Assembly: GCA_000165345.1 (NCBI GenBank)
Contig: CM000435.1
Location: 512,001 to 576,000, forward strand
Reading direction: 5' to 3'
Length of the DNA: 64,000 nucleotides
In this document: positions 50,701-59,372 of the stretch, in pieces
Layout of the letters: every line of letters starts with the position of its first letter
Numbering within the stretch: position 1 is the first letter of the stretch
The notes under the pieces: generated by a model
The model's input: only the letters and a program-made list of their open reading frames with translations
What the model was told of the DNA's origin: nothing
Database searches by the model: none
Made by a program: the position numbers and the translations under genes

Positions 50701-51395
50701 TTGTTGTCAAAGAACTGAGTTCTGTTACTCTTTTCAATATTAGAAATCACGAACTCTTGAAATTCATCATCCATTCTTGTTTTTTTTGGCAGAGAAACTG
50801 AAACTGCTTTATTTAATAAATGATAAATTTGTTGATAATTGTTATTAGGGTAAAATGAAGTATATTCATTTGATCCCAAATATTTGTCATTCATCCATTT
50901 ATATTTTGTCTTACTTTCTTTGGATTTTTCCGGAACGAATACTTCAATCTTATCACTCCACAGAGCATTCATTAAATTATATCTACCACCTAAAAAAGAA
51001 TAGTAATCTACTCGATTAGCCCTGCTAGCAATATTTTCTTTATTATATTTAGAATTTAATGTATCATTATATTCATTATCTCTCAAATAAATATTTCCAT
51101 AAAATGTTGGTGCATCCTTCCTGGATTTAACAGGTATATTGTCTCTTTTACTTGAATTATTTCTTAAATTTTGAACAGAATGTAGTTTATTTCCATTTCT
51201 AAACTCTCTTGGAACTTTTCTATTTCTATTCCTTGGTGTTCTTTGAGAATGGCTAGTTGCACTTTTATTAGTTTTGTTCGCATTAATTTTGAGCAAAGTT
51301 GTTGTGTCTACAGAATTAATTAAAGAAAGACAAACAATGAATATTGAAGAAATATACACCAAATTTAATAAATAAATAAATCTTTTATGGTGCAT
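44724..51395 (-). CDS. Giant (2223 aa) signal-peptide protein containing an OTU-like domain with Ser at the catalytic Cys position
   Basis: Uninterrupted ATG ORF with N-terminal MHHKRFIYLLNLVYISSIFIVCLSLINS. Internal VRDKWSLYRSLAIQLYGN ... GPALIELIAFSRIYNFKVMVY follows the OTU pattern DGNCLFRA..QLYG ... GG..EL.A.S......I.V. Confidence 0.6.
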   Translation of the reverse strand: MHHKRFIYLLNLVYISSIFIVCLSLINSVDTTTLLKINANKTNKSATSHSQRTPRNRNRKVPREFRNGNKLHSVQNLRNNSSKRDNIPVKSRKDAPTFYGNIYLRDNEYNDTLNSKYNKENIASRANRVDYYSFLGGRYNLMNALWSDKIEVFVPEKSKESKTKYKWMNDKYLGSNEYTSFYPNNNYQQIYHLLNKAVSVSLPKKTRMDDEFQEFVISNIEKSNRTQFFDNNLTELYQNNGSLKYSGFGNGESLKDEISKNKISQKLEVKNITLSNSDPVNLIQEKDNLMPNMKWAQDVLSEIPSSIPENIVNFEYQHINEQETNELDGKEGTLLKEFVKLAVDFSFLSGSSLNGAVCMFKAVLPLMKIRWKTLNLINTSKMDTIIKIMLGIPFFKYFEEKESMISSCINMFFLMDIDSGEGLCLNKSGYEGSIMGVSVADFIVKQYHDNKIKLIKEKETKRESNELKPHDSANLLEMIYDDICNYFYECMDEDISDEVNEYLFQNSRIFGVMENQRINFFKSNHTALFPDTSESKSSIDALPSDWFLAALQQLSQMNAELPELEFPGLNIRDLGRLYFYSGRLGVQLPIRLTLKMIYELSVFANHSSLLRRAFCTESLMKIINFKIANVLCKVSFSPIPLKFDPNELYISLKNILKMISFTPISWKKRPDPICSEAEIVAEKYPNAISPPNFIQYYAVRDKWSLYRSLAIQLYGNLAVEDGETTLSIVSMLHSLIIGYIKLNWDEFRELYLNIGIIDPERYYSLLLSKRRGPALIELIAFSRIYNFKVMVYKKIMRNSRREVHFELDEEITGIFEQSSNKYYHSDEIYHKTLSCKLVRLLVERELPPGFYQGVFKTNISDFNETIRENVKDGSSWTWDAILPVYDSITNKKILSNEIGVQIKYKSIIKEHIDADYEIFDRKNEGNDTFPLFKIIQDEAKYHVDTTNWRRPSNNSFGQILNSGSKKINQADTLNDQQSEFQNISKVNNSIFQLDNEKTSFSEKYYQYNIVIQPLISFHQAGVYESKMFINKVFKFNPQINWEDLPRRLDLEYLQSIIYVGDIYKEKKNLEIDTWKPDEQKNNIINIFPENKLNTETDQEDSEVLKQIPKKENVTLTKNENKTISDGILMENSTLLNGYTNLDPETRTEIIKTRISEKEYGYPNIALISHSKEEKDQDQAKSLNEFDSELEYIIIPTAKPWNNFVSLPKVGVMNSEPEFSFIPLKAGPLLPNKAKENIVFKLDMEILFNMAREFWMIPLNISSRALYCFGKNIAPFLNNPNPIYIPQMFIYDRIISTVISLLPVVDNSMNNIRPIEFVITVCEMALLDPIDLDPFLKISRTNINSSAEINDNIPNELKRIFGQMPAIKNICALVANCLHLSNYGNEYKNLVNKVSRAELFNKFTPSSEQLILIQKLVPRFPEVVVIIRNLLRMIHFIGRKGISLDKDALYQIAKELSITFHSISPYLWKLQINLQELYEIVDKPTGGLRQARRMKKNYFAPIYEEAYWGQYDKELLLFTCASILTSRGALTLVTAIVVCHYSFLRIPLSNRILSTIPNAKDFENDEKLAAETIFFFLRDFIRNPIEILKSKEYNEDPMGTFNKIYSKWQDQNNRELGIDEENIKKEMFGTKFNLFMFITYDKYIDLLLESGQELENAEIKFERKNQEIDRFSKFDLKSYSSKENLYINHRNGKKGFFKEKTYHEEKFSSFWGYKPSPYKKDLRKSHMGSNIDDIFESLSLLLYSTNSYKELIKTTFTSSLSLISKICELERDIIRNSKSNNAYIHVEGVDQEIVLFVFSICNKMKSSRERMRRNMQCARNPENCKPENIDQDDEMHHLEIFEVMQFIYKIPIMVFEMNQEQTIIRDTELNRRIYSLNDTNKLLSSIRIAKIFDSDSKNFRYIPMIPKVTVCDFEDLKNGVGPIPIHAILKGMNSMSKSTYNRESFKFRKRTAFDDATDNFFKRKQISVPFPCANYPKNLQSSTDLVPILRRYIPYVPGDVEGKSLLQFIKISTAVIDLRRRPIKELPDRSMEKTFRSILLDDKDLNGSREYLMKIYGLDVNEIIEKNYLFEKRLIDNKYDKTDLNMFYDDLYMNDKKNIYEYNQYKFLIEYFNIVRHKRINPEVIHSFIDLEETRNRGKKQSRMLSIGERMNDMLKYAALSIFSEFYYYWSKFKYNIRRFSYENPIKVEIIPSDEFKEEKLKKKQISLYIEDRLDEIKLNRNHE

Positions 51396-51738
51396 CTTTT
51401 CAATTTCAAGTTGATCACTGAGAAATAAAACTTTTTTGTTTTAAACATGCAACCAATGGCCGCCATAAGATCTAAATTTCCTATTAGCAATATTATATTA
51501 CCATAGATAAATATTTTTCAAGCAAAATTACATGCATCGGTTATTTGAAAATTACAAAACCTACCCTGAATTTATTAATTGTACTTAATTAGGGCAAAAT
51601 GGAAACACTTTGAAAAAAAACTAGACCAGACCCTATAGGAATATCTGAAATTTTATAAATTTTTTTTGTTCGTCTTCAAGATAGACTAAATATTGCATTG
51701 ATCCAACTCAAATAAATGATCAAAGATATGTAAAATCC

Positions 51739-52038
51739 ATGATGGCTGTCGAAAATATTAACGATAAGAAAGAACACTCTTTGATCAATAATACGAAAAA
51801 ATATAAACGAAAAATTGATAAATCAAAACTCAATAACATTGATATTGTGTTTTTAGACGATTTTGATAAGATTGGATGCACAGAAAATATAGAAGCTCGA
51901 GAGGAAAAAAAATTAAGAGAAAATTTATCTGTTAGTCAGCGTATACAAGTATCTTTTTTAGTTATTCTTGCAATAACTAACTTATTAATTTATACAATAG
52001 CATTTTGTACAGGAAAGAAATTAACCAAATCTAAGTAA
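51739..52038 (+). CDS. Possible small tail-anchored membrane protein
   Basis: 99-aa ATG ORF with a basic N-terminal half and a single C-terminal TM VSFLVILAITNLLIYTIAF. There is no homology support. It overlaps the convergent neighbour by 8 nt. Confidence 0.3.
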   Translation: MMAVENINDKKEHSLINNTKKYKRKIDKSKLNNIDIVFLDDFDKIGCTENIEAREEKKLRENLSVSQRIQVSFLVILAITNLLIYTIAFCTGKKLTKSK

Positions 52039-52558
52039 CTTTAATTGGAACTCGAATATGGTTATGGATAGCATGATACCAATCTTTTACATCAACTGGA
52101 ATTGAAACATTTCGAAATTTTCCATATGCAGGGTAGCCGATTGCTCGAATTGAATTGTAACCAAGCGGATTTTCATAAGATTTTTGACATGATGAATAGA
52201 TTATCCAACCTCCTAGATAAGAATAACATATAAAATCTTTCAAAAATGTGTGCAACTTACCTGGTGGAATAGTAACATCATAATTAATATAGTGTTTACA
52301 GCCATTTCCCACTTGATTAAGTTCATAAATAGGATAATCATACCTTTTATGGCCAACTTTTGTAAATGTTCCATTCAGAAAGGGAGAGGAAAGCACTACT
52401 TCATTTAGGGAAGAAGAAGACTTTGACTTTAATATCATTTTTGGAAGTGAGTACTCTTTATATGGATAACTTTTCCAAGTACTGAGTTCCATCCATGGTA
52501 CATTTCCATACAAAAATGCAAACAAATAAATACTAATAAATAGAGCAAAAAATGACAT
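52031..52558 (-). CDS. Small secreted protein, unknown function
   Basis: 175 aa from the first ATG (the track start at 52573 is TTG), with signal-like MSFFALFISIYLFAFLYG. No family recognised. Confidence 0.45.
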   Translation of the reverse strand: MSFFALFISIYLFAFLYGNVPWMELSTWKSYPYKEYSLPKMILKSKSSSSLNEVVLSSPFLNGTFTKVGHKRYDYPIYELNQVGNGCKHYINYDVTIPPGKLHTFLKDFICYSYLGGWIIYSSCQKSYENPLGYNSIRAIGYPAYGKFRNVSIPVDVKDWYHAIHNHIRVPIKVT

Positions 52559-53131
52559 TGATAAAACTTTCAATAATTAATCAGAGTTCAATTTTTAATA
52601 AGCGAAAATATCTTACCAGTTATTAATGCGCATTTTCTTAAATATTTAATCTTTGCGATTTTTTTTTTCCTGACAAATGTATTCCTTGTTCTCATAGAAT
52701 ATTTTTTTATTAAGCGGTGAATGATAAGAATTTCAAATTTTCAAGTTAATTAAAACTTTTAAATTAGTAGGCAGACTTAACTTTTCTTCAAAAGCGATTT
52801 CCCCCACATCATTAAGGTTCAAAATTGTGACTTTTCATTGTTTTATATTTACAATATAAATCTTTGCCACACCAATTTTGTTAATTAATTAGAGTAACGA
52901 CTAATTGTAATAATTTACCTTCATTTTTATAAATAGTTGAAACAAATTTTACCTTTACGCAATTAAGCTTTGCAAAAATTCTATTTTTCGTATATCGTTT
53001 TTATTAAAAAAAAAACTTGGCGGCCATAAATGTTTTGATCTTTAATTTGAAGCAGCTCAAATCATTCAAAATTCGTATTAACAAAAAGAATTATTTATAA
53101 TGCTGATATGAATGTCATTTATTGATCTTTT

Positions 53132-54529
53132 ATGGAGCAAATAAAGGATGAAATATTTTTTAAAAAAGATGAATGCTGGAAAGAAAGTGAAAAAAAATTT
53201 CTAGAAAATGAGTGGCGAAATTCAAAAGGATCTTTGGAATCAATTGTTTCTTCCAATTCACCTAATAATTCGGCATTTACAGTACGTTCAAAATTATCTC
53301 AAGATTCTCATTCTGATGAATATTCAGTCATGATAGATGATGATGCCCCTGTAGACGAAGAAATATATTTTCAGTTTTCAGACATATCAATTATCAATCG
53401 AGTTTTTTGCGATATCTCATCAGTTAAATACACAACTTACTCAGAAATAAAACATATCTTTTATTTCTTGAGCTTTTTCTTTTTTATACTTTCCATATTT
53501 TTATTCGAAAGGAGTTGGAATGGAGTTACAAAGGTTAAAGTATACTATGATAATTTTGGAAACTTTCCACTATTATTTAAGAATAATGAATACTCTTCGA
53601 ATTTAAGTGAAATCGAATACGAAAATATTTCTGAAAACAGCAAACTTTATGAGTTTACTGTTGACCGTACTTTACAAGAACCGATTTTTGTATTTTACGG
53701 GATTAATGGGTTTTTTAGCAACACTAAAGAATTTGTGGGTTCTAAACCTCCTGAAATATTTGGGTATGGCTACAAGTGCACCCATATACTATCCATTGAT
53801 GATATTTTAAGGTATAGACCCGATTTTAGGATTCATCTTGCAGAGTTTTTTAGAGTACCCATTAATTTCAACTTCACTCAAATTGACAGTATTTTTTCCA
53901 ATAATAAAAAATCAAGAATTTTCAAAATGAGTAAAAAAAATAATTCTATTAATAGAAATATTCTATGCGGACTTCCAATTTATTCTCTCTTTACAGATGA
54001 ATTCGAGTTAACAAAAAAAGGCTCAAGTAAGGAAAAAATACAAATCAGGGCCATCGATTTTCCAGAAGATCAATGGAAGTATAAAATGCTCCACAGTTTT
54101 AGGCAATTTATTTCTGGAGCAATTAATAGCAAATTCTTAAATCAGTCACATAGATATGAGAAAAAATCAAATGACAAGATTCCAAAATTATCTATGATGT
54201 TGTCAAGATGGTGGAGCCAAAGTATTTCTCCAAACTTCATTAAGCCATATGGTATAATTAGCTCTTCATATGAATATAGCAGTATGGAAGATATGATTTT
54301 GTATCCCGGCTCGTATGAACTTCATTTTATTTCAAATTTATTCCCAAACAATGCGTGGGGGGCTGAAAAGTATGTATTATTTATGAATTTATCAGTGTTT
54401 GGAGGAGAGCAATACTTGGCAGCTGTAATTTGTCTGTTTATAGCAATAGTCTATGCTCTTATTATTTATTTTAATCCAAAACGTGCTCAAATTATAATTA
54501 TCAAAAATAGAATTGATCAAAATATCTAA
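53132..54529 (+). CDS. Divergent CDC50/LEM3-like two-TM protein (candidate P4-ATPase beta subunit)
   Basis: 465-aa ATG ORF. It has TM1 (IFYFLSFFFFILSIFLF), a large loop with sequons and a C-terminal TM (YLAAVICLFIAIVYALIIYF). The loop motif PIFVFYGINGFFSNTKEFVGSK parallels CDC50 PVYVYY.L.NFYQNHRRYVKSR. The pre-TM1 FKQQ motif is absent. Confidence 0.5.
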   Translation: MEQIKDEIFFKKDECWKESEKKFLENEWRNSKGSLESIVSSNSPNNSAFTVRSKLSQDSHSDEYSVMIDDDAPVDEEIYFQFSDISIINRVFCDISSVKYTTYSEIKHIFYFLSFFFFILSIFLFERSWNGVTKVKVYYDNFGNFPLLFKNNEYSSNLSEIEYENISENSKLYEFTVDRTLQEPIFVFYGINGFFSNTKEFVGSKPPEIFGYGYKCTHILSIDDILRYRPDFRIHLAEFFRVPINFNFTQIDSIFSNNKKSRIFKMSKKNNSINRNILCGLPIYSLFTDEFELTKKGSSKEKIQIRAIDFPEDQWKYKMLHSFRQFISGAINSKFLNQSHRYEKKSNDKIPKLSMMLSRWWSQSISPNFIKPYGIISSSYEYSSMEDMILYPGSYELHFISNLFPNNAWGAEKYVLFMNLSVFGGEQYLAAVICLFIAIVYALIIYFNPKRAQIIIIKNRIDQNI

Positions 54530-54816
54530 CTAATAAAAGAACTTCAATACGTTTTAGATGATTAAGTAATAGTTTATATGACTGAATGGTAGATTGAAAT
54601 CTTTTCTTAAATATTATAGTTCATTCAGACATTGGAATTTAATGCTCAGGTGCATGTAGTTACCTTAGAGCTCACATTAGGCGCTTACCCCACACATTGC
54701 ATATTAAGTTTTCTAAAATATTTGTTTTTCGAAGGCAGCGGAAAAAAATCATTAAAAAACATTATTTATTTTGATAGTTATATAAATATATTTATTCTTA
54801 AGATTGTTTTCTAACA

Positions 54817-55674
54817 ATGACTTCTACATATGATTCTATTGGAGGAATGGGCATGATGGATAAATGCTACTTTACAGGGAAAAGCGATCTTCTTAATTGG
54901 CTAAATTCATATTTCAATTTAAATGTTTCTAGAATTGAAGACTGCGCAAGCGGAGCAATTTATTGTCAAATTGCAGATGCAGTATATTATTACCAAGTCC
55001 CAATGAAAAATGTAAATTGGGGTGTCAAACATGATTTTCAATATTTACATAATTATAAACTACTGCAGCAAGTTTTTGGAAAAGTTAATCAGCCAAAATA
55101 TATTGATATTAATAAGCTTATTAAGGGAAAATATCAAGATAATCTAGAGTTTTTGCAATGGATGAAGGGATTATTTGATGAATCTGGAGCAATTGATCGT
55201 GACTATGACGCTATAGGAAGAAGGAGCCTTGGAAAAGGGCCTTTTCCACAATATTCTGGGCAGGTGATTCCTATTGCCAGTATTCAGAATACTTCGGCTG
55301 ATTCCTCATTAAATACAGCAATTAACAATTCTAATCTGGCACCAAACTCCAAAAATTCTAACACTAAAAATATGTTGCCATCAAAAAATACTGAAATAGA
55401 AAAATTAAAAAAGTCGCTTAGGAAAGAAATAGAAGAGAAGGAAATCGTAGATAAGGAAAGGATGTTTTATTTTAATAAACTTAGAGCAATTGAAATATTA
55501 TATGAAGAGTTAAATGAAAAAAAAATTCCTTTCATGTCTTTGAAAGATATCTCTGAAATATTGTACGATAGTAACGATATAGATTTAGAAAGCTTCTCTA
55601 GGAAAATTATCGATTCAGCAACAATTAATAGTAATGGATTAACAAGTACTACTTCTGGGGTGGAAGAGCAATAA
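54817..55674 (+). CDS. EB1: Microtubule plus-end binding protein EB1
   Basis: 285-aa ATG ORF. Calponin-homology N-domain (LLNWLNSYFNLNVSRIEDCASGAIYCQ...QDNLEFLQWMK) and EB1 C-terminal coiled-coil motif ERMFYFNKLRAIEILYEE. Confidence 0.9.
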   Translation: MTSTYDSIGGMGMMDKCYFTGKSDLLNWLNSYFNLNVSRIEDCASGAIYCQIADAVYYYQVPMKNVNWGVKHDFQYLHNYKLLQQVFGKVNQPKYIDINKLIKGKYQDNLEFLQWMKGLFDESGAIDRDYDAIGRRSLGKGPFPQYSGQVIPIASIQNTSADSSLNTAINNSNLAPNSKNSNTKNMLPSKNTEIEKLKKSLRKEIEEKEIVDKERMFYFNKLRAIEILYEELNEKKIPFMSLKDISEILYDSNDIDLESFSRKIIDSATINSNGLTSTTSGVEEQ

Positions 55675-55742
55675 GAGAAGTAATTAAAATAATTGAATAC
55701 ATTTAGTTGCAAAATCTTTGTTAAGTCCAATTAAATTATATC

Positions 55743-56969
55743 TTAACCCTTCTTTCTCTTCTTAATCTTAATATTCGATTTAACTGCATTTAATAGTTCA
55801 ATTGGTTCAACACTTTGATCAAGCTGCACTTGTTCCAGGCTCTCGCAAATACGATCCGAAAAAGAGGCCTTTTCTAATTTAGATTCATGTTGAGTCTCAT
55901 ACTCATCAAACTCGGCATTTTTAATTTCCATATTGCTGGGACTTGAAAAAGCAATGGAACTTGATACTTCATTATCTGATTTATCTGGTTCATTATTAGA
56001 TAAAATTTGCATAATTAAAGGTGGATTCGCATCAAATTCTGTTTCGGTTCTTTTCGAATTTGTATTAAATTGATCTATAACAATTTTCCCTTTATTATCA
56101 GAACATTTTAATCTTTTTAGGTATTCTCCATCAAAAGCTTTTTTAAATTCCTGATGAAGTTTTTCACTGTGTATTGTTGCAATCTGAATTGCAAAATTGA
56201 TTTGATTCAAACTTAACTTGGCACCTCCGAATTTACTGATTCCACAGACTTCTTGTTTATCGTTAATAGATATATGAATTATTGTATCTGAAATGCTTTC
56301 TTCATCTGAATTTGGATCGACAATATATGAGAGCCCTTCCTTGCCATTAATGTACCCTATGGAAATAGAGAGGGGAAAGTGATGAACATTGAAAGGAATC
56401 ATTTCCAACTTTCGAATTGTATTTTCCAACCTTTGATAATCCCTTTCTCCAAATCCTTCGCATTTTGATTTTTTCAGAAAACTATCTACATCTATTTCAT
56501 TATATCTATAGTGCTTTAGTCCCGATAATGTAGCCATTAAACATGCATCAAACAAATTACCATCGTCAAAAAGCACATGTATCTCACATTTTACTGACCA
56601 AACACAAACTCCTGATAATATACATAGAATCTCAGTATCAATCGCTCCAGTTTCTTTCAGTATTCTCTCAATATAATTGGCAATTTCAGTCCCCAAAGTT
56701 GTTCTGTTATGACGAAATGCGTGGCTTGTAGGGTTTATACTTAAAGGACCTATATCCACTGTAAATGAAATAAATCCTTCAGAAGATCTTTCTTGGCTGG
56801 GAGCTACAAGTTCACTTTTTACTACACTTAATACATGAGTTCGACCTATATTAACTTCTACTTCGCCGTAGTTCTTGTTTAAATTAATTTTTACGTTTCT
56901 GTATTCATTCATTGTCCTACCATCAAGCCTAAGGCCGTATTCACGGACAGAAACGATGAAAGTATCCAT
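55743..56969 (-). CDS. RRP45: Exosome RNase PH-like subunit Rrp45 (EXOSC9)
   Basis: 408-aa ATG ORF. LRLDGRTMNEYRNVKINLNKNYGEVEVNIGRTHVLSVVKSELVAPSQERSSEGFISF is colinear with EXOSC9, and there is a C-terminal extension ending in the basic KIKKRKKG. Confidence 0.85.
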   Translation of the reverse strand: MDTFIVSVREYGLRLDGRTMNEYRNVKINLNKNYGEVEVNIGRTHVLSVVKSELVAPSQERSSEGFISFTVDIGPLSINPTSHAFRHNRTTLGTEIANYIERILKETGAIDTEILCILSGVCVWSVKCEIHVLFDDGNLFDACLMATLSGLKHYRYNEIDVDSFLKKSKCEGFGERDYQRLENTIRKLEMIPFNVHHFPLSISIGYINGKEGLSYIVDPNSDEESISDTIIHISINDKQEVCGISKFGGAKLSLNQINFAIQIATIHSEKLHQEFKKAFDGEYLKRLKCSDNKGKIVIDQFNTNSKRTETEFDANPPLIMQILSNNEPDKSDNEVSSSIAFSSPSNMEIKNAEFDEYETQHESKLEKASFSDRICESLEQVQLDQSVEPIELLNAVKSNIKIKKRKKG

Positions 56970-57087
56970 TTTTATGCTTTTAATGAATAATTTCTTACAT
57001 TTGCAATTATTATCTATTTTATAGAAAATTGGCCAAAGGCGCTAAAGGCACAGAATGTTCATTCAAATGTTTTTCTTAAATTAATTT

Positions 57088-58623
57088 ATGGCTGCTAATG
57101 AAAAATTTGATGTATTAAGATCTCCGCATTTTAAAAAACCAAAGTTTGGCTACGATGTCATTGAGATCTCATCTGATTCTTCTATTGAATCTAAATTAGG
57201 GGATATTTCTTCAAATAATTATCTTAAATTAGAAACACCAATTTATTTAAATAAACTCAACTTTGAAAAAAAAAATTTGAAAAATTTATCGTTTAAATCT
57301 TTGTTTGTAGTAAATGATTGCACACCTATTGAGAAATCAGTTTGGAGAATTAAACATATTTTATTTTCAAGTTATTTGGCAGATGTTAACTGGGTAATTA
57401 ATGAAATAGGGGATTCTGAGTTAATTTGTGAAAATATTGAATCCATACTTTTTGTTTCTCATGGTTTTGACAATCCACAAAATTATAAATTGAAAAATTT
57501 CAATAAAGTGAAAAACAAAAAGATTTCAACATATTCTCCATATCTGAAAGTTCCCTACGGCGTATTTCACCCAAAATTTATTTTATTAGTGTTTGAACAT
57601 CTAGTTCAGCCTAAAAAGAACTTTGTTAGGTTCGTTGTTACATCCGCCAATCTTATTCAACAGGACTGGGAGCTAAAGATACAATCAATATGGGTACAGG
57701 ATTTTTTCCATAGTATTGAAAGGAAAGATTGTGAATTCTTAGATTACTTACAAGAATTCCTAAAAAATATTCTTAATGGATCTAAACTGAAAGATTTTTG
57801 GCTGAGCAAAGTTCAAGAATTCAACTTCGAGGATGCAACCGTAAAATTAGTTGCTAGCGTTCCCGGCTATTTTTTTGGTGATGAGATGTTCATGTGGGGG
57901 CATCTTAGAGTTAGATCTTTGATAAAGAGATTTGTTTCAAAAGACCAAGATAAATCAGATGAATTAAGAGAAAAGCGAGAAAGAATTGTCCTTCAGTTTT
58001 CGAGTCTTGGAAGAATATCCGAGAAATGGTTATACACTGAGTTAGCTTCGTCGCTTTCAGAAATACCTGGAACTGAGCTTGAAATTATTTTCCCTACAGT
58101 TGAACAAGTTGTAAACTCGATAGAGGGAATTAATGGCGGTGGGTCTTTACCTGTAAAGAAAGAATATATTTGTAAACCTTGGATAAAAAAGTTACTCCAT
58201 AAATGGGGCACAGGAACTATGAAAAAGAATGCCACAGATGAGAAAGTAATACCTCACATAAAAACTTTTCTTAAATATAAAATATTTGGTAATGCTATTA
58301 AAATTATTTGGCTAGTCCAGGGAAGTTATAATTTAAGTAATGCAGCTTGGGGGCAAATACAAAAAGATGGATCTCAATTCTGCATTAGGAATTATGAGCT
58401 TGGAATATTTATTCATAAGGATCAGTTTGAATTTGAAAGGTATTTTAAACTTAATGAAGAATTTCCAAAGTTTTTTTGGAAAAGAAAAAGTAATTGTTCA
58501 TTAATTTCGGAGATAAATGCCAATCAACCTAATGTACTTTTGAATTTTCCTCTTCCTTTCAAGTTACCTCCGAAAAGATACTCGAATAGTGACCACCCTT
58601 GGAATATAGAGCTATTAATGTAA
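57088..58623 (+). CDS. TDP1: Tyrosyl-DNA phosphodiesterase 1
   Basis: 511-aa ATG ORF. Two HKN motifs of the PLD superfamily: GVFHPKFILLVF...VVTSANLIQQDW and IPHIKTFLKY...WLVQGSYNLSNAAWG. Confidence 0.9.
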   Translation: MAANEKFDVLRSPHFKKPKFGYDVIEISSDSSIESKLGDISSNNYLKLETPIYLNKLNFEKKNLKNLSFKSLFVVNDCTPIEKSVWRIKHILFSSYLADVNWVINEIGDSELICENIESILFVSHGFDNPQNYKLKNFNKVKNKKISTYSPYLKVPYGVFHPKFILLVFEHLVQPKKNFVRFVVTSANLIQQDWELKIQSIWVQDFFHSIERKDCEFLDYLQEFLKNILNGSKLKDFWLSKVQEFNFEDATVKLVASVPGYFFGDEMFMWGHLRVRSLIKRFVSKDQDKSDELREKRERIVLQFSSLGRISEKWLYTELASSLSEIPGTELEIIFPTVEQVVNSIEGINGGGSLPVKKEYICKPWIKKLLHKWGTGTMKKNATDEKVIPHIKTFLKYKIFGNAIKIIWLVQGSYNLSNAAWGQIQKDGSQFCIRNYELGIFIHKDQFEFERYFKLNEEFPKFFWKRKSNCSLISEINANQPNVLLNFPLPFKLPPKRYSNSDHPWNIELLM

Positions 58624-59235
58624 CTTAGAGCCAATTTTAAGTTTTTCAACTTCCTTGTACAGAGTAGCCAGCTCATTCTTATATAAGCTTACTAATCTCT
58701 CATGCTTGCACTTGATATCTACGCCATTATCTTTATTATTAGGGCATTCAGAGTATTTGGTATATTTGGAGCTAATCATTTCATTTATTATAGACCTCCA
58801 TTGAAATAAACGTCTATTTTTGCTGTTCTCCAAAACAGCCGTACTTTCTGGTTTGATTTTTTCAGGTGTTTTAGCAAATCCCGAGTTTGTATCGGCTAAT
58901 TCTGAAAAGTAACTTGCACTGGAAGACCTAGACTCTTTGGGTGTTGACTCATACTTCTCTATCTTTGCTAATAATTCGTGTATTAGCTCTTCACGTCTTT
59001 GAAGTTCTTGTAGAACTCTTTCAAACTCTTTTGCTATATGATCATCATTGTTTTCCTGGAACTTTATCTCTAATAATTCATCAGGCATCCAATATTTTTC
59101 CTTATATTTAGAGCAAATCAAATCAACATTTGAAAAATTCTGATTAAAAAGCAAACCTAACTCTTTCCTTATTTTGTACTGTTCCAATATCAGTTTACCG
59201 AACCTTATATCAATTTGCTCTTGATTTAAATTCAT
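58615..59235 (-). CDS. Coiled-coil protein, unknown function
   Basis: 206-aa ATG ORF with predicted helical heptads at both ends. Its stop region overlaps the TDP1 3' end by 9 nt. No family recognised. Confidence 0.45.
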   Translation of the reverse strand: MNLNQEQIDIRFGKLILEQYKIRKELGLLFNQNFSNVDLICSKYKEKYWMPDELLEIKFQENNDDHIAKEFERVLQELQRREELIHELLAKIEKYESTPKESRSSSASYFSELADTNSGFAKTPEKIKPESTAVLENSKNRRLFQWRSIINEMISSKYTKYSECPNNKDNGVDIKCKHERLVSLYKNELATLYKEVEKLKIGSKLH

Positions 59236-59372
59236 TTCTTACATTTTTTTTTAATAAATATTTTTTAGTACGTGCCCTCATTTTTGTACCCCAGTTCATG
59301 ATAAATGACCAAACAAGTTTCAAATAATAAACGTAGAAGAATAAAAGCTAAATTATAATAATTACTAATAAA

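Noticed and set aside
52600-52640. A candidate upstream exon (ATGCGCATTAATAACTG|GTAAGA) for the secreted-protein gene at 52031-52558.
   Set aside because: The only available acceptor puts the exon out of frame and gives an immediate stop. The ATG at 52558 already yields a plausible signal peptide.
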